64,000 nucleotides of DNA from Octopus sinensis. Lineage: Eukaryota. Position numbers and translations under genes: made by a program. This document shows positions 42,600 to 54,939 of this stretch, piece after piece. Every line of letters begins with the position of its first letter. Positions within the stretch are counted from its first letter, which is position 1. The stretch covers positions 30,938,001 to 31,002,000 of the forward strand of contig NC_043010.1 of NCBI RefSeq assembly GCF_006345805.1, given 5' to 3'. The notes beneath the pieces are model-generated. The model was not told where the DNA came from. It searched no databases and worked only from the letters and a program-made list of their open reading frames with translations.

Positions 42600-44100
42600 T
42601 AGGCCTTTCCTAAGGCGGTCCAATTGGTGTCCATTTTGTTACATGTTGGAATAAGACCGTTTTCTCTGTATAATCCTAACTATACATTTAAAATTAGAAG
42701 CTATTTTGTTTAAAACCTATAAGGTTGCTGATTTCTGTTCCATCATAACAGCCCATTGAAAGATCAAACAGTTCTGGTTCATTATGTTTTGCTCAGAAAG
42801 ACTTGTCTGGGGTTGATTTCTTCAACTAAAACCCTTTAAGGCACTGCTCCATTATAGCTGAAGTCAAATGACTGAAATAACTAAAAACATAAAAGAATAT
42901 ATATATATGAAGAATATTCCTATACCACCAAAGAGAATATACCTAAAAAAACTCATTGTAAAAACAGAACATCTAATAAAATGTATGTGCTGGAAAGTAT
43001 ACTTCTTTGAGAAGGGAACCCCATCTCATAGAAGAGATTTTCTGATATGCGTAATGACATTGATGTCCAGATGTGCTTTGGCAGCACATCTGCAGGCAAA
43101 GTTTATCCTTTTCATTACTGTATTTATCTTGAGATGCTCTGTGTTTCTTTCAATTAATTATAAACAACAAAGAATTTAGTAAAATCACTCAGTTATCACG
43201 AAGCTAGTGTTAGGAACATAAATTGTGACTAAGTTTTGGCGGAAGATTTTAATTCAAAACTTATGTAAACAAGACATTTGTACTCGGAGTCAGAGCCAGT
43301 TTCAGCCGGGTTGGTAATGAAAGGGTTAAAGCTTCTAGTAATAGAAGGGTTAAAATCAATAATATCAAATTGAGTAAATTTACAGTTCCTTTCATTGTGT
43401 AAATTTCCAAACCAATTTGTCACTGATGAACTATTCTTCCAGAGGAGAAGATTAGTAGCTTTAATTATTTTATCATTAATGGAGTCTAATATAGTCTTAC
43501 TAACTCTGCCTAATTCACGTCTGGCAGGGGTTGATAAGTCTAAATTTGGAGTCAGCTAAGTTAGCCATATAATACTTTAGAGTGACATGGTGAGTCCTAG
43601 GAGCTAACCATTCAACCCTTTCATCTATTTTAGTTTTGACACTAGTTTTTTTTGCTTCAATATTATTATTGTATGTGCTAGTGTTGTTGTTTTTTTATGG
43701 TTTAGCTAATTGCTAGAGAGGAGTTGATTATACAAATTTTTCTCTACTTCATCAATGTTTTTTGTTTTGTCTGGGAGTACATGCAATTTGTCTGATACAT
43801 GGAAATGCTTCAAATCATTTAAGAGTGTGTTGGAAAAATTTCTGAACTTTACCTTTTTAACTATGTTCAGTAGATTGTTTTCAAAGGCCTCCAATTCCTT
43901 AATTTGAGGTGGATACTTTTCTTTGGTGGTAAATCCATATTTGAGGTTAGGAAAATTTCCCTGGGTTCCCTTCTCAAAGAAGTATACTTTCCAGCACATA
44001 CATTTTATTAGATGTTCTGTTTTTACAATGAGTTTTTTTAGGTATATTCTCTTTGGTGGTATAGGAATATTCTTCATATATATATATTCTTTTATGTTTT
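42600..44100 (-). mobile_element. Decayed Penelope-like retroelement, interrupted by a piggyBac MITE and an inverted self-copy
   Basis: MKNIPIPPKRIYLKKLI.KTEHLIK.M.WK.YFF, KYGFTT, ELEAFENNLL, CKFTQFDIIDFNPSIT, DINVITHIRKSLL, LFDLSMGCYDGTEISNLIG, GLYRENGL (YRDD-like). Confidence 0.85.
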
Positions 44101-44308
44101 TAGTTATTTCAGTCATTTGACTTCAGCTATAATGGAGCAGTGCCTTAAAGGGTTTTAGTTGAAGAAATCAACCCCAGGACTTATTTTTTGTAAGCCTAGT
44201 ACTTATTCTATCATTTTCTTTTGCCAAACCTCTGTTATGGGGATATAAACACACCAGTATCAGTTATCAAGCAATGGCTGGGGGACAAACACAGACACAC
44301 ACACATAA

Positions 44309-44370
<62 letters not shown>

Positions 44371-44374
<4 letters not shown>

Positions 44375-44460
44375 ATAAATCCTCGTGTATAATCTGCATT
44401 TTTTTCCCAAAATTTAAAGGTCAAAATCCCTAGTGTGTACTATATACGAGGTTAAAAGTG
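44371..44460 (+). mobile_element. Possible pogo/Tc2-type transposon end inserted in (TA)n
   Basis: taccataaatcctcgtgtataatctgca resembles TACCGTA-type TIRs; partner end not found. Confidence 0.3.
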
Positions 44461-45914
44461 AAAAATATTTTCTAAGCAATGATCAAGTCTCTATTTGCTG
44501 TCCGGCAATGTTTATTCAGACGCATTTTGTGATGTTAGATGCGAAAATACCTAAGCTAAGCCTGAAAGCAATGAAGTCATAAAAGAATCATCAATAACTT
44601 GCAGTAAGCAACATTTATTAAAATGAAAGTATTCAGAACACAGAATATCATGTAACAAAAGCAATTTGCAAACATTTACATTCCCATATAACAATTAAGA
44701 ACATCACCATTATTATATTACGCATGCGCGGACATGTTTGTTTGACTAGATGCTGCTGGCTTAATTACCTCTCATCCATATGGTTAAAGCTTCAGTTCCA
44801 CTGCATGGTACCTTGAGCAGGTGTCTTCTACTATAACCCCAGGTCAACCAAAGTCTTGTGAGTGGATTTGATTGATGGAGACTGAAAGAAGCCCATTATA
44901 TATGTGTGTGCGTGTGTCGTTACATTTATGTTTGCCCCTACCACCACTTGACAATTGGTGTTGGCTTGTTTACAACTCCGTAACTTAGTAGTTCAGCAAG
45001 AGAGACCTATAGAATAAGTACCAAGCTGGAAAGAAAAAAGTTCTGGGGTTAATTTGTTTGATTAAATTGTTCAAGACAGTTCAGTGACTCACAACTATAA
45101 ACCTAGTTCTTCATTCATACTTTAACTTCTCTTCACACCTCATCTGAAGTTATCACTCTCTTGTTCTCCCTTTCAGTTAAGGAGGCTCTTTAGTCTTGTG
45201 AATTACTAGGTATCTTCACTGGTGCTGTTGGCATGAATAAAATAGCCAGTCCACTCTGTTAAGTGGTTGGTAAAAGCAGAGATATGGTCCTTCTCCTCGT
45301 TAAGTCATGTCGTACCATCTGGGCCATGCCAACATAGGGAGCAGAAGTAAAATTATAAATGATGAATACTCTAAAACAATAACCCTTATTGAATTTTTAT
45401 AATGGAGCTACACAGCTGCTTGCATTTAGAAGAAAGGTTGAGAATGATCTGTAGGAACTGCAAAGGGATAAATAGGTGATGAGATATTCAGATGGCCCCT
45501 CATGGAACAAGATGTATAGAAATAAGAGGGGACAGCAGAACTAGGATTGTAGGTGTAGTGGGGACCATACACCTTTTGTGTATTTGAAAATGTTCCTGCA
45601 CATAATATTCTGTTGTTTTTTGTTTGTTTGTTTGGTTTTTTTTTACTTTATTTGGGAGACTATGATAGTTTTGAGAATATACTGTTAATGAAATTAGGTT
45701 CAATATCCTTATAGTGTTAGCATATGAAAACAAATCTTTAGTGATTTTAATTTTAAAATTAAGTTGTAAGAAGTGTACAGTCAGCATAGATTAGGATCTG
45801 TCTAAATATGTACACAAGAAAACACACATATATTTCAACTGTAATCTTTATTTATTTTTTTCTTTGCATTTATCCGGTCATTTCATAATTTTTTGTTTTT
45901 TTGTCTTTTCAAAG

Positions 45915-46061
45915 GTTGCTGGACATTCTCAACCAGGTGATGTTTTTGCTGTGATTTCAAAATGGGATCTTGCATTCTCTCATCTGTTATTGCATCATTG
46001 AACGCTTCAACATCAGAATTCAACCCAACAGAAACTAAAAGATTATTTCGGTAGTAAGAAT
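45915..46061 (+). other. Putative 5' UTR part of the zinc-finger terminal exon, with two uORFs
   Basis: Acceptor ttttgttttttgtcttttcaaag|G at 45914/45915. In-frame TGA at 45999-46001 precedes ATG 46062. uORFs at 45940-45954 and 45962-46054. Confidence 0.6.
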
Positions 46062-47465
46062 ATGGACTCGCTAGCAGCCGACACCCAGCAAATGCCTTGC
46101 CCAACTGCAGACTTATCAGTAACAGCTTCCCAGAAGCCGTACTCTGGGGTTACTTCCCCTCTAGTATCACCCGATGTTCCAACTTGTTATTCACAGTTAC
46201 CCCCCTTGCCTGTATTGCCATCTGATGGCACTCCACCGGATAACTGCCAAAAATTAAACTCGGGGAACAATTCAAACCGAGTACAAGTGAAAACAGATCC
46301 GGGGGAGATGACTAACCCAGAAAGTACATCGACCAAAAAAAAGTCATCGACAAAAAGCTCTGAAAAACCTTTCAATTGCACCATGTGTGGGCAGCACTTT
46401 GCACGTAAAGACACTCTGCAGTGTCACAAGCGGACACATACTGGCGAGAGACCATACTCTTGCGATTCGTGTCCATTACATTTTGCCCGACGCGATACGC
46501 TGCAGTGCCACCGTCGAACTCATAGCGGTGAGCGTAGGTTCACTTGTGAAGTGTGCCTGCAGAAGTTTGCTCGCAGGGACACACTCCACTGCCACCAGCG
46601 GACTCACAGCGGTGACAAGCCATTCAGCTGTGACTTGTGCATTCAGAAATTCGCCCGACGTGACACCCTGCTCTGTCATAGACGAACACATTCTGGTGAG
46701 AAACCGTTCGTGTGTCAGTTTTGCGGGAAAAGGTTTGCACGCACAGACAAGCTGCACCGTCACAAGCGCACCCATCTTCGAGGTAATCCCACCACAACAC
46801 CTGGCTCTCATTATAATCAGAATACAGCATCTAACTTAAGTGCTGGTAACAACCTGCATTGCAACAACAGCAGTTGCAACAGTAGCAACTGCAGCCTTAG
46901 TGCTATGCAAGGTCCTTGCAATGACAATTGCCTAAATTACAACAATAGTAGCTCAGGTGCAAATACACCATGTACGAGTGCACTCTGTAATAGCTCAATG
47001 GGTTGCACCTACCACTGTAATGGTAGTGGATGCAATCAGGTAATTCCTGCAAATGTGCAGTGCAATGTATCAGGGTGCAATGGAATTTCATGTAACAGTA
47101 ACATTTCCAACAGTGTGCCATGCTGCCCAAACATGATCAACACAAGCGGTTCTTGTGGAAACAGCAACATGTGCCTCACTTCCAACAGCCCCCAGTGCCA
47201 TGACAGAAGTTCTGCATCTGTCAGCACAGACACTACAACTGCCTCTTCTGTGGCACCCACCTCTCTTCCTGCTGCTTCAGGTTGTGGTGGTCAGACCGTC
47301 GTGCTTTCCCACCATTCATCACAGCCTACAGCTGTAATGACAACTTCAGCAGCACCAATGTTCACGACCAACTCCACCAACAACCTCACCAGCACAGGAA
47401 CACTACAGAAACCTGATCGGTTCCAAGCCAATTCAGCCAACCAAATATGGCAGATATTCTACTGA
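46062..47465 (+). CDS. C2H2 zinc-finger protein, 467 aa, five tandem fingers plus a Cys/Asn/Ser-rich domain
   Basis: Intact ORF; five CxxC...HxxxH fingers (aa 104-238) with TGERP/SGERR/SGDKP/SGEKP linkers; VKTD SUMO-like site and KKK basic patch. No ortholog recognised. Confidence 0.95.
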   Translation: MDSLAADTQQMPCPTADLSVTASQKPYSGVTSPLVSPDVPTCYSQLPPLPVLPSDGTPPDNCQKLNSGNNSNRVQVKTDPGEMTNPESTSTKKKSSTKSSEKPFNCTMCGQHFARKDTLQCHKRTHTGERPYSCDSCPLHFARRDTLQCHRRTHSGERRFTCEVCLQKFARRDTLHCHQRTHSGDKPFSCDLCIQKFARRDTLLCHRRTHSGEKPFVCQFCGKRFARTDKLHRHKRTHLRGNPTTTPGSHYNQNTASNLSAGNNLHCNNSSCNSSNCSLSAMQGPCNDNCLNYNNSSSGANTPCTSALCNSSMGCTYHCNGSGCNQVIPANVQCNVSGCNGISCNSNISNSVPCCPNMINTSGSCGNSNMCLTSNSPQCHDRSSASVSTDTTTASSVAPTSLPAASGCGGQTVVLSHHSSQPTAVMTTSAAPMFTTNSTNNLTSTGTLQKPDRFQANSANQIWQIFY

Positions 47466-48151
47466 ATAGAGAACCAATTCAAATGTGGTAACTGAACACT
47501 TTCAACCTCATCAGATATCAGATTGGCTATTCTTCACCTATTACTTGATGCATCAGATACACTTCCTGTTTTGTTTTCAACTGTTGGAATATGGTTTGTG
47601 AGCACTGCATGTTCCAGTGTCTCGAAGGTTTTCAGATCCTGGGGGCTGGCAGCAGTGCTACACACCTATTTGCATTTTCTGTTTCTATGCAAATTGGTTC
47701 AAAAATCACATGGACGCACGTGAATATACACATGAGTGTGTGTGTGTGTATGTTTATATATACATATATGTCTGTGTATGTATATATATAATATTTATAA
47801 ACATAGCTTAAGTCAGGAAAAAAAAAGATTTTATTGTGGGATAGAATCTGTTCTTTCACTCTGCCTTTTGCTCTGCTTATATCTTACATTGTTTACATCA
47901 TAAGAATTTAGAAACTTCAAGGGATATGAAATAAATTGTTTTGTTTGTTTTTTTTCCTTAATGGTCAAACACAAAATAAAGCTATAAATAATAGCCAGTA
48001 AATACTGAGTTACAAAGCCCCATGGGTAGAAGAAGTCAAAGGCTTCCTTCAGTTTTTTTTTCTATTAGAGGAGTTTTTTTAACACAGTATTTATATACTA
48101 TCATTTATAGCTTTCTCTTTTGAGTTCCACCATTCAAAACAATTTATTTAT

Positions 48152-48187
<36 letters not shown>

Positions 48188-48200
48188 GTATGTATGTATG

Positions 48201-48234
<34 letters not shown>

Positions 48235-48619
48235 CCAGCATTTTATTTATTTTTTTTATTATTTCTTTAAAAACATAGAATGTAACGGTGAAGAAAACAC
48301 TTTTGTATTTTATACCATGAGTCGAGAATACACTAGATTTTATGTTTCCCTATCACTACCACTTCCACCACCCAACTTCATTTCAATTTTATAAAGTATG
48401 CTGTTTTTTTTACCCTTTCTCCCATTTACTTTTAAATTTGAAGAAAAAAAATGAAAAAAAAAATAACAGGGAAATGTTTTAGTCTCACTAATTGCATAAC
48501 TGTTCAAGCCTGTAATACTGGCCAATATGTGTGTGTGCACACATGCATATTTCATATTATTTATGTGTGTGTGTGTATGTGTATATACATACACATAGAC
48601 ACAAGCAGACATGTATACA

Positions 48620-48850
48620 TACATGTACATTATATATATATATATATATGTACATTATATATACAAATATATATATATATATGTACATTATATATACAAA
48701 TATATATATATATATATATGTACATTATATATACAAATATATATATATAATATATATATATATACACAAATATATATACAAAGATATATATATACACACA
48801 AAGATATATATATATATACACAAAGATTATATATATACATATATACACAC
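48620..48850. repeat. (TA)-derived minisatellite (gtacattatatatacaaat(at)n and acacaaag(at)n units)
   Basis: Direct reading. Confidence 0.85.
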
Positions 48851-50162
48851 ACACACTCACACATGTGCACACACAAAAAAGATAGGTAGATATATTGGCA
48901 ATTAAAATTTTTAACCCTTCCTTTGCCCTATTGTTTTGTCAAACACACAAATATAAGAATCACCACTCACTGCATATTGTTCCATCAAACAATGTTATCA
49001 AACATCTTCATATGCAGCACAGTGTGCAGTCAGACACTGTTATGAAACTTCAGCCACCCCTGTTGTTCCATCAGACACCATTGTAAACCTTTTCCCCCAA
49101 CCCCCCACTACATTTACTGTACTTTCAAACACCATTATATGAGTAAATAAAAAAAAAATAACAAAACAAAATGACTCCTACTTGTATCGTCAGACATGCT
49201 TTAAAAAAAAAAGAACTCAAGGTAAAACTCACAATTACAGTGATAATTTGGTGATGGAATTCTGGATTTGTATATATGTATAGCTGTATTGTTAAGAAGC
49301 TCACTTTGTAAAAACCTGATTTCAGGTTCAGTTCTACTGTGTGGCACATTGTACAAGCGTCTACTACAGCATTGGGCCAATTAATGCTCTATGCTTGAAT
49401 TTGGTTGACAGAAACTGTGTGAAAACCTGTCATATGTGTTTGCTTTATCTCCACCCCTGTCCCCATAACTTAGCTGTTCATCAAAGAGACTGATAGAAAT
49501 AAGTACTGGAATTGATTTGTTTGATTAAACCTTTTAAGGCAGTTCCCCACCATGTCTGATGACAAACAAGTAAAAAATAAAATATAATTGAGGTTTCAAA
49601 TTCTGCCAAAATGGTTTTTGTTGCTTTTGAGGTCCTTTAACTAAATACTGGTCATATATATGGGTTCTGAGGTGAAAACTTTAATCATATATTATGTGAG
49701 CTGATAAAATTAGTGGTAATCACAGAATGGTGTTTTGACTAAAGAAACTTGATCTCATCCAATGTGAAGTTGATAAAACCAGTACCAATGATATCATAGG
49801 GTTTGAAGTGAAAATTATTTATATGTGGTGGTTTGCTTTCTCTACTAAACATACATTTATAACTGGCCACTAATGCAGAACTGGCTATTACAACCTCATG
49901 GCAATAGTAACAAGAACAAGACAAAAAATATGTGCCACACAACCATTATAGTAAAGTAGTGTATGCATGAAAATTGTTTTTCTTAAACATGTTTTGAAAT
50001 AGTAGCCCTAAATTAAGATATACTTTTGCAAGAAAAGAGATGACTGTGACTTTAAAGTTTAAGCCTGCTGGCCTTAGCAGGTTGAAACTCAGATGTTGTA
50101 ATAGTGTACTCTACAGAAAGTATTGAGTAATCCTTCAATTTAATGTAAAACTATTATAACTT

Positions 50163-50205
<43 letters not shown>

Positions 50206-51789
50206 CACATAAAAAGCATCATTTGAGCATTGAGCCTCACAGAGGCAATGACAAATAACTGAGACCTTTGGCAATATGCTATGCTTGAGTAGAAGACTGA
50301 TCAAGCCAAGTGAAATCATAGTCATAGCAGATATTAGTGTCATTCAACTGGCACCCGTGCCAGTGGCATATAAATGCACCCATTACACTCTTGGAGTAAT
50401 TGGCATTAGGAAAGACACCCAGTCATAGAAACCATGCCAAATCAGACTGGAGTCTGGTGCCGCCCTTCATCTTACCAGCCCTGGTCACTGTCCACCCCAT
50501 GCCAGCATGGACAACAGATGTTAAATGATGATGATATATACATATATATCAAAGCACAGAGAAACAGAACTGTCTAACCTCTTATTAAGCTACTGGACTC
50601 ATATAAACACAGTCCTATTACCATGTCCATAACAGCAGGACAGCAAATATACAGTATTATCACCCTGTTAGTCTTGTCATACTCACATCACTTCATGATT
50701 GTCATCTTACAGCTGATGAGAGGATATGAGATGAGTGCACATGGTATAGACTAGGAAGCTTGAAGGAGGAGGAGGCAGTTGAGTAAGTAGTGTAGAGACA
50801 GCATATCTGTAGGCCAAAGGCTGGACTGTTAAACATACATATTTCTATATACCATAGACATCATATTAAGACCATAATCAACCTCACACACAAATATGTG
50901 TATATGTCATATGTGAAAATATATACCGAAAGTTACATGCGTGTGATAGTATTTCATGCCATAACAATTAGCTCTGTAAAGTTATCCATTTAGTGTTCTA
51001 TATCCATCAAAGGCCATTCACATCTTACATTTTCAAGATTTTGGATTAGTAGTCAGTATCAGTGAGGCAGCACTCTACAACAGATGTAACTTATTTTTAG
51101 TGCAGTGTACTGGAGCAATGTGGGAGGAAATGCTTTGCCTATGGACACATGTCACCTGATCTGGGAATTGAACTCACAACCTTATGATTATGAATCCAAC
51201 AGCCTAACCACTAGATCATGTGTGTTCACTGAAAAGGTAATCTATTAAAGTTGGTTTTCACTCAAAGTTTTAATTATTTCACTTCATGTACATTGCTAAT
51301 GTCTTTGACATAAGACATGCAGGTACAAACATTATATGGTTTCATTTCTCCTTCCACTATTAAAACGCTTGTGTGTGAAATCAACATTACATATTGTAAT
51401 AGTGGAACGTTTAGCTATCTCTTCCCTTTAACAACCAGTACAAAAGGGGATATCAGTGAATAATAAACTAAATGCCTTCACATTTGGTTTGATGTTTCAT
51501 TACTGTGAACTGAAATCTTGTCAACTTTTGTTGTATTTTACAGGTTGTGACATTGATTCAAGTATGAGTAACATACTTGGATTTGGCCACTTTTTCGTAT
51601 TATCTGCTGGTGGATTAGGCAACGATCCATTCAAATTTGATTTACAAGCAGAGACCATTTCTCATATAGTGATGAGGCACTATTTCTTTGCATTGAGAGG
51701 TTATAGCTCTGGTAATACAGATGTGATTAGAATGTCTCAGAAAATAATCACAAGACAGATTCTTTAAGCCAAGCAGGAGACCTAAAGGC

Positions 51790-52250
51790 AAGCTGGTTGG
51801 ATAATATTTATAGTCTGCTGGTGATGCTTGAGAATCCAACCAAAAGGTATGATAGTCACTTCTGATAGGATCCTATGGAGGTGATACCTGGGGGAAGGGG
51901 GACGAGGACCTTGGGAATAGTGGACAGAGAAAATGGTTGGATGAATTTTTTTTTTTCTGAAGGAAAAGGCTGTGCTGAGGATCTCCAAAACCAGTGAGAT
52001 TGACATGGTTAATGTGCCTTTTGAATAACTGCAGGGAATAATATAATCAGGGAGGCCATTCCAGAGAGATAATATTCTATGAAGAAAGGATTGTGCAGAG
52101 ATCACAATTGAGGTGGTGACAGAAAGAGAGATAAGTTGGGATTGGCTGAGTGAAGGTGGCATCAAACCAGAAAGTTCCAAAGAGGAGAGGCCAAGTGAGG
52201 AGCAGTAAGAAAGGTAGAGTGTAGACCAGAGGCTGAAGTATGTTGGCAAG
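51790..52250 (-). mobile_element. Possible L2/CR1-group LINE 3' remnant
   Basis: SFLHRILSLWNGLPDYII resembles the ORF2 terminal motif of L2/CR1-group elements. Confidence 0.35.
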
Positions 52251-52699
52251 CAGTTTTGTCCATCAGTCAGACAGCAGGATTTATATATATATACTGCCTA
52301 AAATATTTTTTTATGTAGAAACAGTACCATTCCAGATATGGGAGTAGTGTTCCAACCTAAGGTTTTACATCTGGTGTCAACATATACATTCCTTTATTCT
52401 TAGCTTAACACTTTCAATTAAAACCAAGATATTTCAAAGAGACAAAACGAAGTTATGAAAACTTCAGTGTTTAGATTGACAAAGATTTCTTGCTAACAGA
52501 GAGAAATAAATGCATGCATTCCCACACTCTCTTATAAACAACTTATCCCTTGTCTTTAGCAGCAGACTCAACCCCATCATGGTCTTGGGAATTTGTTATT
52601 TGTAATTTCTCTATGTCTCTATATGTATGTATATAGGCTAAATTTGAGAGTGCATAAAAGGAAAAGAAAACACTATCCCATCCAAAATAAAAGTATTTT

Positions 52700-53340
52700 A
52701 AAAAGTCAAAAAATATTAACTAGTTTATGGCTGGGAGATAATAGTTTACTCAAAGAAGCCACTCTCAGCTTTCAACACATTCTCAAGATAACTCCTCACT
52801 GTGTCCCTGGGAAGGTCTTCGAGCACCTTGATCTTGGCTACCAGCACATCCTTGGTGTTGCAGGCAGCGCAGTTGGTGTCATTCTCAACCATACCCCACA
52901 AATAGTGACCCATGAGATCACAAACAAGGGGATTAAGAGGCCAGAAATTGGGGCTGGTAAAGTTGTAGAATTTCAACAACCACTTCTGACTCTTTGTGCC
53001 ACACTTATAGTCTTCCAGCAGTAACCCTCTCCAGCCAGGGCTTGACCACAATCTCCAACAGCTTCACATAACAATCTGAATTGGGTCTAAGACCCTGTTC
53101 AAAGATATGGGGATGAATTCCAACATGCTGATACAGTCAGTACAATTACATGTCCCTTCCTGTTGGCCACAATTTTGCAGCTGTCCGTGTCACATTGTGC
53201 AGCCTTTACAGTGTTCACAGAGCATTTGAGATGTAGTCATGATGTCAGCATTTTGACACCTGGTGCCAATCAGCAAGATACAGTTTACTCTTTTTTTGTA
53301 TTCACATGGCTTCCAGTCCATCTCCACTTTAACTTCAATC
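52700..53340 (-). mobile_element. Tc1/mariner superfamily (maT/DD37D-like) transposase C-terminal remnant
   Basis: SQKWL..FYNFTSPNFWP..PL..DLMGHYLWGMVENDTN...CNTK..LVAKIK...AESGFFE*. Confidence 0.7.
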
Positions 53341-54835
53341 TTTATGCTCTCCAATGCCGTTGACCATTCACCATCACATCAAGCTGTTCTTGTAAAAGAA
53401 GGAGACATAAAAAAAAAATCATCAAATTTAGCCCAAACACCTTTTCTCTCTCGCTATATATATATGCATGCATGTATATACGTGTGTATCAGTGGCATGC
53501 ATTTACTTCTAAGGTTGGTCAAGCAATAAATACTTGGTACACATGGCAGAGACGTAACCCTCCCCCTCCCCCTACCAACCACCCACTTTTAAAATAATTT
53601 TTGTTTTTACGAAAACTCACGTTTTTGGCTAGGGAGATTTCCAATTCTGAAAAAAAAAAAATTGGTGAAAATCACAACTTGAAAGTTTCAATTCCGCTCT
53701 CCCCCTTCCCATTTCTTCATTTCTCACTTTTTTCAGAAATTTCGTTTTAGGAAATATGTAGAAAAATACAGAGATTATGATTCTGAAAAAACATTTGTTT
53801 GTAATATTTCATACACAGGTCAGGCGGAATTTGATGAGGCAGATTTTCTACAGACGCCTTTCCTGTTGCCACGCCTCACCTGTTTCCAAGCAAGGTGATA
53901 CTTCTCCGTCGCTGGACATATTTTTCACGGAAAACTAGAAACGATTTAATACTAAGTACTTCATAAATTATTCTGTTACCGAAACGGGGTTTGGTGTGTT
54001 ATGGCGATAGCAAGAAATGAATTGAGAGAGACAGAGAAAATACAGGGAAAATATAAGAAATAATAATTACGAATAAAGATGGTAGATTCAATAACAAGAA
54101 GCATTAAACCCAAGAGAGAAGGAATGAACTTAATGCAAGAAATGGACTTAAAGGTGTTGCATGACAAAAGAGGAAGATGAAGCTAATTGGAAAAGAATGA
54201 GAATGGTTAATCGAGAAAGAAGATAAAATAAAAACAATGATGATAGGCAAGAATATGTCACACAAGCCAAAATGAGAAAACAGACTAGAAGAGGAAACAT
54301 CGTCAAAAAGAATGGATAGGATTTCCCAGATGTTCTCCGTGTTAATCAACGGAAACTGGAAAATAGATCTTATTTTGACTAAGTATCATGAAACAAAACC
54401 ATCAAACTGTTTCTTATCATTATGAAAGTGAAATAATCGAAACGTAATTAATTCAACTCGAATGTGTCAACAAAATCATATTAATTTGTAAATATTGTTT
54501 ACGTTTTAAATATTTTTGAATTAACTATCACGACAGTTACATATCAATGAAATACTACTCCGCCCTGAAGCTATTTCCAGTTTTCGTGTACCTCGAAGTA
54601 TTTCAAGCGCTTAAACAAAAGAAATACAGGTGATTATGATTTTATAAGTGTTTCGCATTCTGTTAATCAGGTTCTGGAAACATTAAATAAATTAATATTG
54701 CTTATTGTGGTTTTGCTACTGATACAAGCCATCATAACTCAGAAAACTTTAGTTAAAATTATATTGGCGTGCATGTCCAAAGTAGTCTTGAAATAAGAAT
54801 AATTGTTTAATGAGAGTGCATTGCATTGAAGATTG

Positions 54836-54872
<37 letters not shown>

Positions 54873-54939
54873 GGTTGCAACTATGATGTAAAAGGAAACA
54901 ATATCTTCTTAAATATAAAGAAACAGTTTCTGTGGCTCC

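Noticed and set aside
42868-44116. Two paralogous genes with identical 51-aa N-termini
   Set aside because: Fully explained by the 215-bp inverted copy within a dead Penelope element.
46187-47337. Overlapping and antisense ORFs across the ZNF CDS
   Set aside because: Shadow frames of a relatively GC-rich coding exon, with no independent signals.
53975-54360. Possible LTR/gag remnant starting tgttaccg
   Set aside because: Purine-rich, stop-riddled, with no diagnostic motif, PBS or paired LTR found.
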